Notes under the pieces: model-generated
The model's input: only the letters and a program-made list of their open reading frames with translations
The model's database searches: none
Told to the model about the DNA's origin: nothing
Shown: piece by piece, positions 25,686-38,844 of the stretch
Layout of the letters: every line of letters begins with the position of its first letter
Numbering within the stretch: position 1 is the first letter of the stretch
Program-made: the position numbers and the translations under genes
Assembly: GCF_006345805.1 (NCBI RefSeq)
Contig: NC_043013.1
Coordinates: 10,850,001-10,914,000 of the forward strand
Direction of reading: 5' to 3'
Source: Octopus sinensis
Taxonomy: Eukaryota
DNA: 64,000 bases

Positions 25686-26689
25686 TTATTTGTTTATTTA
25701 TCTGTTTATTTGTTTGTAACAATACTTCTCGGATACTCTGTACACTTTTATGGCAGTATTGATAAAATCCCATTTTCTTCCAGTCGAGATGATAAGGCCG
25801 CCGTTTTTATTGTTCGTCTTATAGTGTTCCAGTGATGGGTTGGGACTGATTGTTCTTACTAGTCCATTGAACAGGAGAGCCAACAAGAAAACCAGAAAGG
25901 GAATAATAGAAACGTAAAAAAATATGACAATTTTAAAAAAAATTATTATATCTTAAGATATGTCATAATCACGAAGAAGTTCTGTATATGGTTAGTATTC
26001 TTATCAGGGCTGTCGTAAAGACAGTAATTATCTTTAAATATTATTCGATACAAACATGCTAAATTAAATTGCCCTTTATTTGTAAGAGATGGCAAAATAA
26101 TGTTGATTTATGTATTGGTTATGCATGGTTCGGCACTTAGAGTGTATCCATGTGTGCATGTGTATATGTATCGAGTTATTTCCCTTGGCCAATATTTTTT
26201 TAACATAAATGTTCATTTGAATTTATTATTCTAAAGCAAGCTCTAAACAAACAATGAAACATTTACTGGCAGGGTGGCTCAGTACTGAGAACAGTGTAAG
26301 ATTTACTAGGAAGTTCGTAATGAACGGAACTTATAAATATGTTACGGACTCTCACGTCCTTAAGCCTCAGTTTAGGTTTCCGCTATTTCTTGAACAACCA
26401 CTTACGTAATTTGTTTATAGTGATAGAAATGTTTGAGTTGCACATAAGCTAACTTCCTCTGTCAAATTGACATTGCCAGAACGAATGCACAAGTGTGGTT
26501 CACGGCAGATCTCAAAATGATCTTAGAGCGGCATGAAATATTTTTCCAAAATTTATCTCAGATCAAAATAATTTTATAGCATTTGCTTGCTTTCAGATCA
26601 AGAGTGCTACAAGCAAGCCCCCTCCAACAAACAAATATGTCTTGTGTTCTCTATTTTACATAATCTGTCGTTATCTGGAATAAAACATG

Positions 26690-27950
26690 GTGCCCTTATG
26701 TATTCGCTTATTCCATTTAAGAATAGTAGATAAATGTTCCACAATTTGAAGCCCCCTAACTTAAACAAAGACTGGTACATAATGAAATTTAATCCGAGAT
26801 AACCTAAGATATACCCGAGAGAAAGACGGGTTATCATAGCTGGGACCATTATTAATCATCGGCCTATCTTCTTGCGCCACGATTATATGAGACTATATAA
26901 TGAAAACTAAAAAAATTTAAAAAACTAATATTCATGAATGTTTTCCTCAAACTGGTGTAATTAAAATACCCAGGTTCCTTTGGTACTTCCTCCTAAGTAA
27001 CGAACTACTGACTATTTACTCAGCAGGAGCCACATCCGATAACGCCAAACGTATACTTCCTGTAAAAGTTGGCCTGAAATTCCTTTTGTAACCCTTTCAT
27101 TTCAACGCCCTCATTAACTAACAAGCACATAAATTGGTTATTTATCTTACTTAGGGTTACATATAAGTTACTCTCAATTTGTATTCTAGTGGTTCAGAGA
27201 AAGAAAAGCATATTCCATTATGTAGTTTTCGAAACAAAATCCTGGGGTAAAAAGAAAAAAAAAGCAACAGCTTGATCACAGCTGGAAGACTCCTGAACAT
27301 AGTTCTGATCAATAAATGCAACCAGGAGCAAAACAAATATAGTAATAATGACTGCAAAGGTAATATTAAATCACCATTAGCTTGAAAGCGTTAAGTTTTA
27401 TTTGAAGTGGCACAAAGACCTTTGCGAAACCTACATATATATAATAATTATTATTTGAGGGAATAAAATCAAAAACTTACAAGGAAAAAGAATTCAATTT
27501 AGAAATACTAAATCAAATTCCACACAATATAATATATATATAAAATATTAGAAAGAAACCACCTTTCATCAATCCAAAATGAATAAATAAATTACACCAT
27601 CTAGAAAATTACATATAATAGAAAAGTTAAAATTGAAATAACAATAAAAAGTAAAGATTAAGTAAATTACAAAAATAATATAATGTATATAATAGGTAGA
27701 ATACTTTTTACGAAGAATATATATATATATTCTTCGTAAAAAACAAAAAGAAATATACATCATTCAAGATGAATTAAAGATTGATGTTGTCAGCAGCTGT
27801 AACTGTATCACAAGAAATAGGTCCATTGAGATGCGAAATGGAATTGAACGTCCCCCTGTGTGCGAAGTTCATGTAAGAAAGAACTTTTACTTCTAAGAGT
27901 AAGTTGTCACGCGATGGAAAGCCACCAGGTACACGTTGGTTGCCTTTAGA
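26690..27950 (-). pseudogene. possible highly degraded adhesion-GPCR-like (GPS + 7TM) remnant
   Basis: Ordered fuzzy motifs broken by many stops and frameshifts; see findings. By-eye alignment only. Confidence 0.2.
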
Positions 27951-29500
27951 AGAGTTAGCTCGGTTTCAGGCATATGAAGCTTGTTCCTTCGGTTCTCTTC
28001 TCACTCGCATTAGTTCTCCATCGAGATTACTGTACATGCGTGAAGGCTGTACATTCACCGCATGTAACTCACTAATCACGGTAGAACTGGAAAGGTGATA
28101 GCTACTTTCCAGTTATCCTCCAACTGGCTAAAAATCAAAACAATACCACTTTCGAAAGGAGTAGAAGTGACAATAAGAATAGAAACATACGTAAATACCC
28201 TTAAATATAAGTGTTAAGCTGAATAACGAACGATAACTCCATATATTAAGTTTCGTATATTTATTCACAGACGATTGTCTTAAGAGAAATAAACAGCTAG
28301 CTACATTAATAAAGTGACATGATATACAAGATAAACACAAAATAGAGAACGATTGCAAATATTTCTTGTGAATAAGCATTATTGTTTAATACCAGTTTAA
28401 ATCTCGTTAACACGTTGGCTCTAGAGCCGCATTTTTACGTTTTATCCCAGAGTCCCAATATGATAATTTAATTTTGATACGAGCGGCGTTAAAAACTTTA
28501 CACTATACCATATGAGAGGCAAGGATCACACAAGTAGTGTTAGATATCCACGTCCCACTGGCGGGTCTTGTGATACCCTAATTCATATCACATCCCGGAT
28601 ACCGCATGACCCACCCGTAGTCAAGTAAAACCTCTTGGTATTTTCTATTGGAATATCTCGACATTTTTTCAAAACGAAATATTTTGATTTCTAATTTGTT
28701 TTATTCTCTCGCTGTTTATTTTTTCATTCCGCTCTGTTTCCATTGGAATATCTATCACTTTTTTTTTCTAAAAGAACTTGCTCTTTTTGTTTCATTGGCA
28801 AATAAAATTTTCTCGATACTCAATCTTTTATTTTACCTCATTACATGGTGAAATCAAAAGAACAACGAAAAAATATATATAATCTATAAAATATTGTTCT
28901 CTGAGTATAGCAAAAACACAAATGAAAGTAACTGAAGCATACCATTTCTCAGAGAGCCCTAAGGGAAAAAAAATGAAAACCGACCTGCTGGTGGGTCGTG
29001 CAGGAATCGCTAACATACCACCACAACTCACGTGTGGGAGGCAACGTGTTAAGTCTAAGATCAAAGCTATTGAAACCACGACGAACACGTTCGAACAAAT
29101 GAACTTCTGTTTCAAAAAGAGTGTAACTCGTAGTACATGTTCAGCGAGCTATTCTCTAAAGAATGTATGGTATGCTTTAAGAGATAGTGACCATAAAATG
29201 GCTTCATGTTTAGTTTGAATGTCTGACCAAATCTCGCAAAATAAAGAAAATAAAGCACAATCCAAAGTGTGCAAACGCATATCAGTTGAAATCCATAAAT
29301 TCATATTTTACGATTGTAAAACATAAAATGAGACGCATTAAAATCATTAATTGATTTTAAAGCAGTGCATATGTTCATTTGATTGGACCAGTAACAACTT
29401 ATATCAATAAACCATATTTATAATAGACACCATTTAACTTTCAAATACATTCGGCATTATTGCAGAAAGTTAACTAAACCATTAGAAATAAAAGTTCGTC

Positions 29501-29541
<41 letters not shown>

Positions 29542-29553
29542 CACACACACACT

Positions 29554-29787
29554 AAGGCGGCGAACTGGCAGAAACGTTAGCACGCCGGGCGAAATGCGTA
29601 GCCGTATTTCGTCTGCCGTTACGTTCTGGGTTCAAATTCCGCCGAGGTCGACTTTGACTTTCATCCTTTCGGGGTCGATAAATTAAGTACCGGTTACGTA
29701 CTGGGGTCGATGTAATCGACTTAATCTGTTTGTCAGTCCTTGTTTGTCCCCTCTGTGTTTAGCCCCTTGTGGGTAGTAAAAAGAAAT
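29554..29787 (+). mobile_element. SINE family B, full length
   Basis: GGCGG...TGGCAGAAACGTTAG (A-box-like)...GGTTCAAATTCCGCC (B-box), core GACTTTCATCCTTTCGGGGTCGATAAATTAAGTACC, tail TAGTAAAAAGAAATA. Confidence 0.93.
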
Positions 29788-30241
29788 ATATACTATGTCG
29801 GAAAATACCCTTAAACTCAGTATAACGCGCACGCGATCACGCAATAATTCAGTGATATGTAGGCACGCGAGTGAACAATCGAAACCGATGGATTGGGTTT
29901 ATATATGTATACATTACATACATACATGCGTACGTGCGTACAATACACCCATACATACATACATATATATCCACACACAAGCACACATATAGAAACACAC
30001 ACATATAAACATATATGTGTATGCATCGATATATGTATGTATATATGTATGTTTCTATGTATGTGTCTATGTATTTGGGTGGATCGCCGTCCTTCAGTAA
30101 TGAAGATTCACTTATTCGATTAACAAATTTGTCTCCTTTTGATTTACAGTTACAATCCACCCGACATTTTTCTGTTCAGTTTCAGTCCACCCAAACCGGT
30201 CGATTCACGGATCATACATACATACACACATACATACATAC

Positions 30242-30281
<40 letters not shown>

Positions 30282-30362
30282 GCACATACATACATACATA
30301 CATACATACATGCACACATGCGCACATGCATACATACATACATACATACATACATACATACA

Positions 30363-30394
<32 letters not shown>

Positions 30395-30479
30395 GATTCA
30401 CACACACACATCACATACACATACCTTACACACACCATAAGCACATCATTCAAATTCACAGAAAACAAAAGACGAAGAC

Positions 30480-30620
30480 AGGTGAAGGAACAGCTAGCAG
30501 GTGTATTACTTTAACTTGACGCTCGGAAAAAATGGAAAAGTCTTTTTACGCTCTTCGACGGAAAAGATTAAGAAGAAAAAAATGGAAAGAGAACGAAGCT
30601 CAAGCCGTCCTTTCACACGG
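30480..30620 (-). mobile_element. Penelope-like repeat, same family as 24400-24670, hammerhead half deleted
   Basis: TTGACGCTCGG...AAAGTCTTTTTACGCTCTTCGACGGAAAAG matches the reverse complement of 24541-24610 without GGCTCGAAACG. Confidence 0.6.
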
Positions 30621-30676
30621 AATTTCGTCTATCTTTAAACTCTGGTTCTGATGAGTTAGGGAATTGTTTATAAATG

Positions 30677-30740
30677 AAAAATTGTCGAAATTTATATATA
30701 AAAAATTGTCGAAATTTATATATAAAAAATAAGTCGAAAC
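30677..30740. repeat. 24-bp tandem repeat, two exact copies plus a degenerate third
   Basis: AAAAATTGTCGAAATTTATATATA x2. Confidence 0.9.
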
Positions 30741-31009
30741 AAATTGTTGGCGTTTTGATGCTTTAATAATTGTTTATGTTATCTTATGTTATCTTATATT
30801 CACAGTACATTATGTTATATTATAATATAAATTTAATTATTGGATCGTCAATTGTATCTCTTTATTAAATTTTATGTTTGCAATTTGCACTATACCCACA
30901 TTTATATGGTATTCAACTGACGTACCAGTGAGTTGGATGTCTCACACACCCCTTTGAAGGAATTATTTTTCTGAGTTTGTTAATATATATATATATATAG
31001 TCAATTCAG

Positions 31010-31195
31010 TGAGCAAACGATTCAAGAAAAGAATAAAAAACGAAAAGAGAAAAAGACGAAAAGTAAAATACAGAACGGACGCCTGATGAGACGAAAATTT
31101 TTTCTTCACGTTTCGAGCATAGCTCTTCGTCGAAAGGGAGAGAGGGAAAAGTCCAAAGAAGAAGGAAAATCGACGACGGCCCACGTGTGGTTACA
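31010..31195 (-). mobile_element. Penelope-like repeat with hammerhead-like motif (~31107-31138)
   Basis: Minus strand CTT TCGACGA A GAGC tat GCTC GAAAC GT G AAG: perfect stem II, U3/C4 core variant, GUG triplet (normally non-cleavable). Confidence 0.6.
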
Positions 31196-32488
31196 TATAT
31201 GTATGTATATATCAGTCTGCTCTCATTGTACGTCCTCATTCATAGCAAGGCGAACAGTTTCACGAAATCGAATAATTCACACTACAGTAACTACATCTTC
31301 AATAACTTGGGAAATGCATACCGTTTATGTATTTCCCTTCTTTTGAGCGAACAGTAGTATATTGGGATTTCTAAGAACATTTCAAATCAAAAATAAATAT
31401 TTGTGAATATCAATTCAGCCATTTTACAATTAGTCTAACACATTAGGAGATATAATTACCAGATTAGGACTGGCGCACTGACGAGGATCGAAACGCATAA
31501 CAATCGCTTACCGATGTGTCTAACTAAATGGTTTTACTGCAGAATGACTGTCAGTCTACTTTTCTAGATTAGGTGGTCACAGTTATCTCTGTAATTTCAA
31601 CTGTTATTTATTATCTCCACAAAAAGAAATCCCCGCTTATTTAGTACTACACGGTGAGGTTATTCTACAAATGCATAGCATAAGAAAGCATCCTCCACCT
31701 CTATTATATTTTGCAAGAAGAAATAACACATTCTTACAGTATTTTACTGATGTGCAATGTGGATATTTGTTGTTGTAGTGGTTGTTGTTGTTGTTGCTTC
31801 CCCCTCTAAAACTCGAAAGAATCAATTTCAACTTTTCATGTTGTCGGATTCGATCAAATAATTTCTAAGCACTGCCCTGAAAACGAAATCAGATCTTGAA
31901 ACAAGATTATAACAGAAAAACCACGCATGCCGTTCTATTATATTTCACCACAAACTAGTGAATGTTGAAACCATGCCAAACACACCCCGCTAGTTTTTCT
32001 CAAAATAAAGTATAAAATCAGGTTATACAATACCTCGGATTCGGTTTCACAAGCCAGTGGAATTCGATCCGAATCTAGTGATTGAGGTTAAGCCAGTTAA
32101 TTAACCTTTCATAAAAAGAGCCTATTAATTTATGACCCAGAAAAGTAGGATTCTTTTAAAGGGAAATTTACCTAGCATGAATCATTTAGAACAATCTCTC
32201 TCGGTGTCAATATTCCGTGTAACTTGGTTTAAAATGGCATTTCTCGTCTAATATATACGAGATAAAATGCAAAAAGCGAAAACTCTCCCTTCTTAATCAA
32301 ATAAATGTCCAACTGGTTTCTTGAGATATATGTATGTATTCGATCAGCAATTTGTAGAGATTCAATGGTACCTAACAATAATACATCGTCTCACTCCCTC
32401 TTTTGTGGTTTCATTTTCCTTCTCTATCTTTCTATCTCAATCGATATTTTTCTCTTTCAATACATACATACATATATACATACATATA

Positions 32489-32591
<103 letters not shown>

Positions 32592-33096
32592 ATCCATGCA
32601 AGCAGGTTGTATGTGGGGTGGATAAAAAGTAACGGCGAAAAGCACTAGATACTAGTAGGGAAAGTGGAATAACTTTATTTAATCTGAATTAGCAAGATTT
32701 TCTACTACATGTACGAAGTCCCCAGTTTTACAGAAACATACAGTAACCCACGTAGAAAACTGCGTGTACATGTACATAAAACATACATACATACATATTA
32801 GCATTTGCTAATTTGAGAACATAGATTTCTTGGTAAGACCGTTTCAGGTCTATTTTCAACAGACGAGGAATCCACATAGTGGTCTCTCATATTGTTTATA
32901 TTTAAATAGAATTCACGATCCTCGGACGTTCCTTAAGCATGCTGACCACTGCTGGAAATTGATATTATTTAATAATAATATTTATTAATATTAATTTCTA
33001 CTCTTATTATCTAATTTCAAATATCTGTGTTCTCTAGCCAGTTGATTCACTGCTGAATATCATTCATTGCAGTTATTTTCTGGCTTAGCACGCTAG

Positions 33097-33260
33097 TACG
33101 AGGGCGTTTGAATCGAAGTTAAAATGCATAATACAGGAACTCTATACATTCGTATCCTCTCACGGAGACGGGTGGTGTCCAGTTCCATTGTTGTGTCAGA
33201 CACAGATAATTATAGAATTGTTCATGTCGAAAGAATTGAGTGCTGTTTATTTGTTTTCAT
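33097..33260 (+). mobile_element. possible mariner 5' end fragment
   Basis: TA+CGAGGGCGTTTGAA resembles a mariner TIR; no partner end seen. Confidence 0.3.
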
Positions 33261-33412
33261 TTGTCTAGCTTCTAAACATCTAGCGTCTTGCTAATTTAAG
33301 AACACAAATTTTGTGGCAAGATAGTTTGACGTCTGTTTTTAGCATACAAGGGATCCACTCAGTGATCCCTAATACATATATATATGCATGTGTATATATA
33401 TATATATATATT

Positions 33413-34168
33413 CTTTTACTTGTTTCAGTCATTCGACTGCGTCCATACAGGAGCACTGCCTTTAATCGAATAAATCGACCTCAGGACTTATTCTTTGTAA
33501 GCCTAGTACTTATCCCATCAGTCTCTTTTGCCGAACCGCTATGTTACGGAGACGTAAACACACTACCATCGGTTGTCAAGTGATGGTGGGGGGACAAATA
33601 AAGGCACAAACATACACTTAGATACACATACCCGCACATATATATATATATACATATATATACATATATACGACGGGCTTCTTTCAGTTTCCCTCTACCA
33701 AATCCATTCAAAAGGCTTTAGTAGGCCCGAGGCTATAGTTGAAGACTATGGTGCCACGCAGTGGGACTGTACTCGGAACCATGTGGCTGGTAAACCAGCC
33801 ACTTACCACACAGCCACTCCAGCTTGTACTTATAGCAGAAATGGGTTATCTTTATCTCATATCTTTAAATTGTTTCAGTCATTTGACTGAAGCCATACTG
33901 GGGCACCAGACAGACCCCAGTACATTTCGTTTTATCTTTCAAACCTAATACTTATTCTATCAGTTACTTTTGCCGAACCGCTAAGTTAAAGGGACATAAA
34001 CAAAGCAACACCAGTTGTCAAGCCAATGTAGGGAACAAACAGACATAAAGACACACAGATATGTACAAGGAAATACGACAGGTTTCCTTTAGTTTCCGTC
34101 TACCAAATCCACTATCAAGGCTTTGGTCTGCTCAAGGACATTTGCACAAGATGCCACAAAGTGGCACC
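33413..34168 (-). mobile_element. two tandem SINE family A copies (33413-33820, ~33862-34168)
   Basis: Collinear with other copies; the second is more diverged. Confidence 0.85.
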
Positions 34169-34282
34169 TTCGTCAAGCGCCATATAGTTGAATTCGTTTA
34201 TAACGCTGATTTAGATACGTAGAATTCCTGAATATAAATTTATAAAAAGAACAGAAAACTATAAAGTGAAGATAATATTACA

Positions 34283-34675
34283 TCTCTCTCTATATAAAGC
34301 TGAAGTTGTCTGTGTATGGTAGGTTTGGTAGCTTTCAACTAACACAATCTCCTCCGAGAGCCTGCGTCGTAAGTTGACCAAAATTGAGAGTATGATATAA
34401 GAAGGCTTGCTCTTCCTTCCATAGAAGAAAAAATTCAAATCGGACTATGTTAACGTCAAAAATTATTTATATCAAAAAGGTGCTTCTTTTTCTATGAAAA
34501 TCTCTATTTTTTACGATTTTTTTACTGCTGTGTCGCCATTTTTCGGTGTATTTCAACCAGAAAAATGTTCACTTAAAGAGAATAACAAGCTACATAATGC
34601 AACATTTTTACTTTTCAAAAATTCCAATTCTAAAGGGTCGAAACAAACCCGAGCAACGCTGGGCGATACTGCTAG
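34283..34675 (+). mobile_element. non-autonomous Helitron
   Basis: 5' TC after A, subterminal hairpin CCCGAGCAACGCTGGG, 3' CTAG before T (A|T insertion site), no TSD. Confidence 0.8.
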
Positions 34676-34929
34676 TTTAGTGATAATACATGAAGTGGCG
34701 GTGCTAATTAGGAAATAAAGAATAAGGAGAATACAAGTGCTGCCGGATGATAATGATGGTGATGATGATGATCATTGTAAGGAGGACATTATGGGTGATA
34801 GTGGAGAAAATAAGTCTTGTTTTTAAAAAACAAAAAATATTGAAAGTCAAAACGAAACTGTATAGATAAGCAATAACAACGATTGCGAGATTCCTGAAAT
34901 TTCAAGAACAAGAGTGACTACAAGAGAAA

Positions 34930-34985
34930 ATAAGAACGCTGTAGCACCACCAGCAGCGGCGGCGGCAGTAGCAGCAGCTGTGGCT

Positions 34986-35016
<31 letters not shown>

Positions 35017-35042
35017 CAGCAGCAGCAGCAGTTGTTGTTGTT

Positions 35043-35084
<42 letters not shown>

Positions 35085-35150
35085 GTAGTAGTATTAGTAG
35101 TAGTAGTAGTGGTGGTGGTGGTGGTGTAGTGGTGGTGGTAGTAGTAGTTA
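34930..35150. repeat. (GCA/GTA/GTG)n compound array
   Basis: Direct reading. Confidence 0.93.
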
Positions 35151-36064
35151 AGCCAAAATTAAGATGTCACCTTTTGTTTTCCCCATCATACGCCTACCCA
35201 ACTCTCACCCGCTACAAAAATTTAATAAACTCATGTAATAAATAAATACTGAAATTAAATTTTGGGGGACAAGATAGAATATTAGAAAATAATATAATTA
35301 CAACATTGCTTGGAGGAGTAGGTTGGTGGTTGTGGTGGTGGTGATGGTGGTGGTGGTGTTGATGGGGGTTATGAATATTTTATAAAAGTGATACAGAGAA
35401 GATAAACAAAGTAAAATGAACAAAGGTCGAAGAGAGAGAGAGAGAGAGAGGGGAGTAGAGGGAGAGAGAGAGAAATAGAAATAGAGAAGTAGAGAGAGAA
35501 GGACAATGAAAGAAAGAAGCTGTGTGTGAGAGGGGGGGAGATTGAGGTGGTTGTGCGAGAGGGAAGAAAGAAAACAGAGCAAGTTTGAAGAGAAGAGAAG
35601 AGAGCTGATAAAATTCTCAACAACAGATAGGATAACGGAGAAAAAAAAACTGGGAAATAGCTGATGAGAGACTACTACTACTACTACTACTACTTGTGGA
35701 AAATCTTATTTTTTTTTTCTACTTTTCCTGGGTTGACTTACTGGAAATTTAGGCTTCCATATCGTTTAGAAGATACTCAGTTATGAAGTATTTTAGCGAT
35801 ATTTATTTATCGAATGGCTAAATTAACCTTTTTGTTCTGTGACATGACAAAGTTCTCCACACCGCCTACATCTGAACGTACAAACTTAGACAGGGTAGAT
35901 ACACGAATACACATACACACGTGCACCCAAAATTTCCTTTCCTCTTTCAGGTTTGTTAAGGGTCCTCTCCCGCTATTATTAACAAGCATGAGAGTAGAAA
36001 ATGTTTCGCACCTCTTCACATCATGCTTCTTGGAGGTAATATCGTCTTTGCGTCTAGAGCTCCT

Positions 36065-36291
36065 ATTTCTTTACTACCCACAAGGGGCTAAACACAGAAG
36101 GGACAAACAAGGACAGACAAACGGATTAAGTTGATTATATCGATCCCAGTGCGTAACTGATGCTTAATTTATCGACTCCGAAAGGATGAAAGGCAAAGTC
36201 GACCTCGGCGGAATTTGAACTCAGAACGTAATGGCAGACGAAATACCGCTAAGCATTTCGCCCGGCGTGCTAACGTTTCTGCCAGCTCACC
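36065..36291 (-). mobile_element. SINE family B, full length with 15-bp TSD
   Basis: GCGTCTAGAGCTCCT (36050-36064) and GCGTCTAGAGATCCT (36292-36306). Confidence 0.95.
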
Positions 36292-37744
36292 GCGTCTAGA
36301 GATCCTGTTACACTTCTTTGTCAATGCAATTTTTCAATGATCTTGTAGAATCCTTAGAGCGTCGGATTAAACGCGTTACAACATCGTTTTTCGTCACATT
36401 ACGCAGTAATTTCAAATCCCGCCGAGATTAACCTTGCACTCCATTCCTCCGTAATCGATAAAAAAAGTAACTATTTAGTACCAAGGTTGATGTAATCGAC
36501 TAACTTTCCTCTCCTCCAAATTATTAGCCCTGTGCCTCCTTCAAGAATAAAATTTCACTCGAAAAAAGAACAAAATGGCGACTATAAACAGGAATATTAT
36601 TGTTTCAGTCAACTTCTCTTTGAATCAGGCCTATTAATTAACATTTTGTTTGGTCACATTGTCTCTGTATCCGGCTCTGACATATTTTTGTTTTTCACTG
36701 CCAATCACCTCGTAACACACGCACTGACAAATACAACACGCTCGTTGTCTTTGTAAGTGCCTCTGATACAACACAGACAAAGTATATATGCACGATTGCA
36801 TGAATGCACATACAAATGCCTACATTTATGTGTTTAATATATAAGTACACACACGTACGAACGCACACACACACTCACAAAAACACACAGCTCTATCATA
36901 TAACCGTACGTTTGTCAAAATTTCATATCCTTGTCATCGAGTAATCTTCAAATGTGGGTGACTGCCCACACAGGAGGAAACGTCTATGCCATTGCTCAAC
37001 ATGCAAAGAACAAAAACAGCTAAATCTTACTCAAAATATGTCATACTACTGTCTTACGAGACAACACTTTGGGTAATATGATTCTTCGTTGCACTACGCA
37101 CTGCGAGTCAATGACGGGATTGTCACGGCTGAAATGCTCGCTCTATCAGGGTTTAACAAAGACAAAACAACATCAGCAACATGAGGTATAAAGTTGATAT
37201 TCATAAGCTGAACATCGAAAGGAGCGGTAGTGAGTGGGCTGCTCATATTCCAAATACTTTTTGCGTGTGTTGAAAGCGGAAATTAATGATGTTATTGTGA
37301 ACCCATTACAAGCGGGTCACAGATTCAGCTCGGTAAGATCAAACTGCTCGGCGGTGGCGCCCTCTCTTTACGGTCTGTGTAATAGGGTGAACGATCTCTG
37401 TAGTAATCCTCCACTATATATCTTCAGACATACCGACTCCCATCAAAGGAGTTCGAAACATTATCTTGCTGATATCAGAAGAGATTTCAGAAATTTGACT
37501 ATACTGTTTATTGTCTCCGAGTGATTTCCGATTCAAATATATTTTGATTTTGCATTTTGATTATAATACGCTTGACGTTATCAATATCTTTGTTGTTTAT
37601 TATTGTAACAATATAGTAATAACTAACTACAACATTAAACGACTGCAGCAGAGAAGACATATGTTAGCCTTTCAACAAAACTCAAAGAGAGTTAATTCCA
37701 TTTACACCTTTATTTTTTGTTATAAGAATTTTAAAATACTGGTT

Positions 37745-38196
37745 TAAAATTTTGGCGCATGGACAGTAATTTCGAGGGAAGGCGTAAATCTATTTCATCG
37801 ACCCCGGTGTTCAACTGGTTTTTATTTTATCGACCCCGAAGGGATGCAAGGCAAAGTGGACCTCCACGGAATTTGAACTCAGAACGAACAGACGGACAAA
37901 ATGGTGCTAAGAACTTTGTTTGGTGTGCTAGCGATTCTATCAGCTCACCTCTTTTAAGAATTTTAAAACACTAAACAGAAATTTCGGTGGCAGGGTAGGG
38001 ATACAACAATTACATCGTTCCCATTGCTAAAGCGGCATTTCGTCTGTCTACGCTCTGAGTTAAAAATCCACGGAGGTCGACTTTGCTTTTCATCATTTCG
38101 GATTCGATAAAATAAGCACCAGCTGGGCACTGGGGCCAAAGTCATCGACTTAACCCCTCCACGCAAATTTCAGGCCTTGTAACTATAGTAGAAATG

Positions 38197-38200
<4 letters not shown>
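37745..38200. mobile_element. head-to-head pair of SINE family B copies (minus ~37745-37950, plus ~38010-38200)
   Basis: Core motif present in both orientations. Confidence 0.8.
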
Positions 38201-38247
<47 letters not shown>

Positions 38248-38844
38248 GATAGCATTATTGTTGCTTTGTTCTAAACGAACTGATCCAATTCTCACTTGGA
38301 GACTTCACGTAACTACAAGCTGGGCGTTTCACTGTTGGTGTATTTCTGATAGCGGTTTCAGGCTTATTAGAACGGCTCGAGAAGTCACAGCAAAATGCAA
38401 GGAGCGTAAAACAGTGGTTGGCTTACTTGCTAACATAATCAATGAGGTTCTTCATGTCGACGCTTCTGTTACTCATTTCCGAAATCTGTGCGGCTAGTTT
38501 ATGGCCAGTTTAGGTCCTTTCGTTGGGACAGTCCTTAGTTGCAAAAGTAACATTTAGTTGCATAAGTATCCACAACGGCGAAAAGAGAAGATTTCGTTTA
38601 ACATGTCTGCCGGGGGAGATTCCAATTCATCCTTGGATTTGATCGCTAATATAGCATATTGCGAATTTAAATATTAAGGCATTTCAAAATAAGGATATGT
38701 TTCTAAGGAATGGTTCTAACTAGCATTTAAGTCGGAACAACACAGGCATAAATATACACCAACAGATTAAAATCGCTGCTTCAATGCAACATGTACGCGA
38801 AGATCTCGTGTTGATAAGAATTCTTTTCAAAAGGTATATTTGTT

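Noticed and set aside
24834-25835. Poly-F/S/E/K/I ORFs (also 38784-39611, 17715-18116, 48005-48753)
   Set aside because: Trinucleotide repeat translations
28922-29218. 98-aa ORF as a transposase or gene
   Set aside because: No recognisable motif, no TIRs or splice support found
29554-29645. Genuine tRNA gene (also heads at 7739, 11328, 63481)
   Set aside because: These continue into SINE body and tail and lack a canonical anticodon arm
31083-31100. CTGATGAGACGAAA on the plus strand
   Set aside because: No stem III or NUH; it lies antisense within a repeat whose real motif is on the minus strand
31473-31507. CTGACGAG-GAT-C-GAAAC minimal hammerhead-like core
   Set aside because: Stem III is mismatched (ACGCAT) and no stem I partner follows; chance or too decayed
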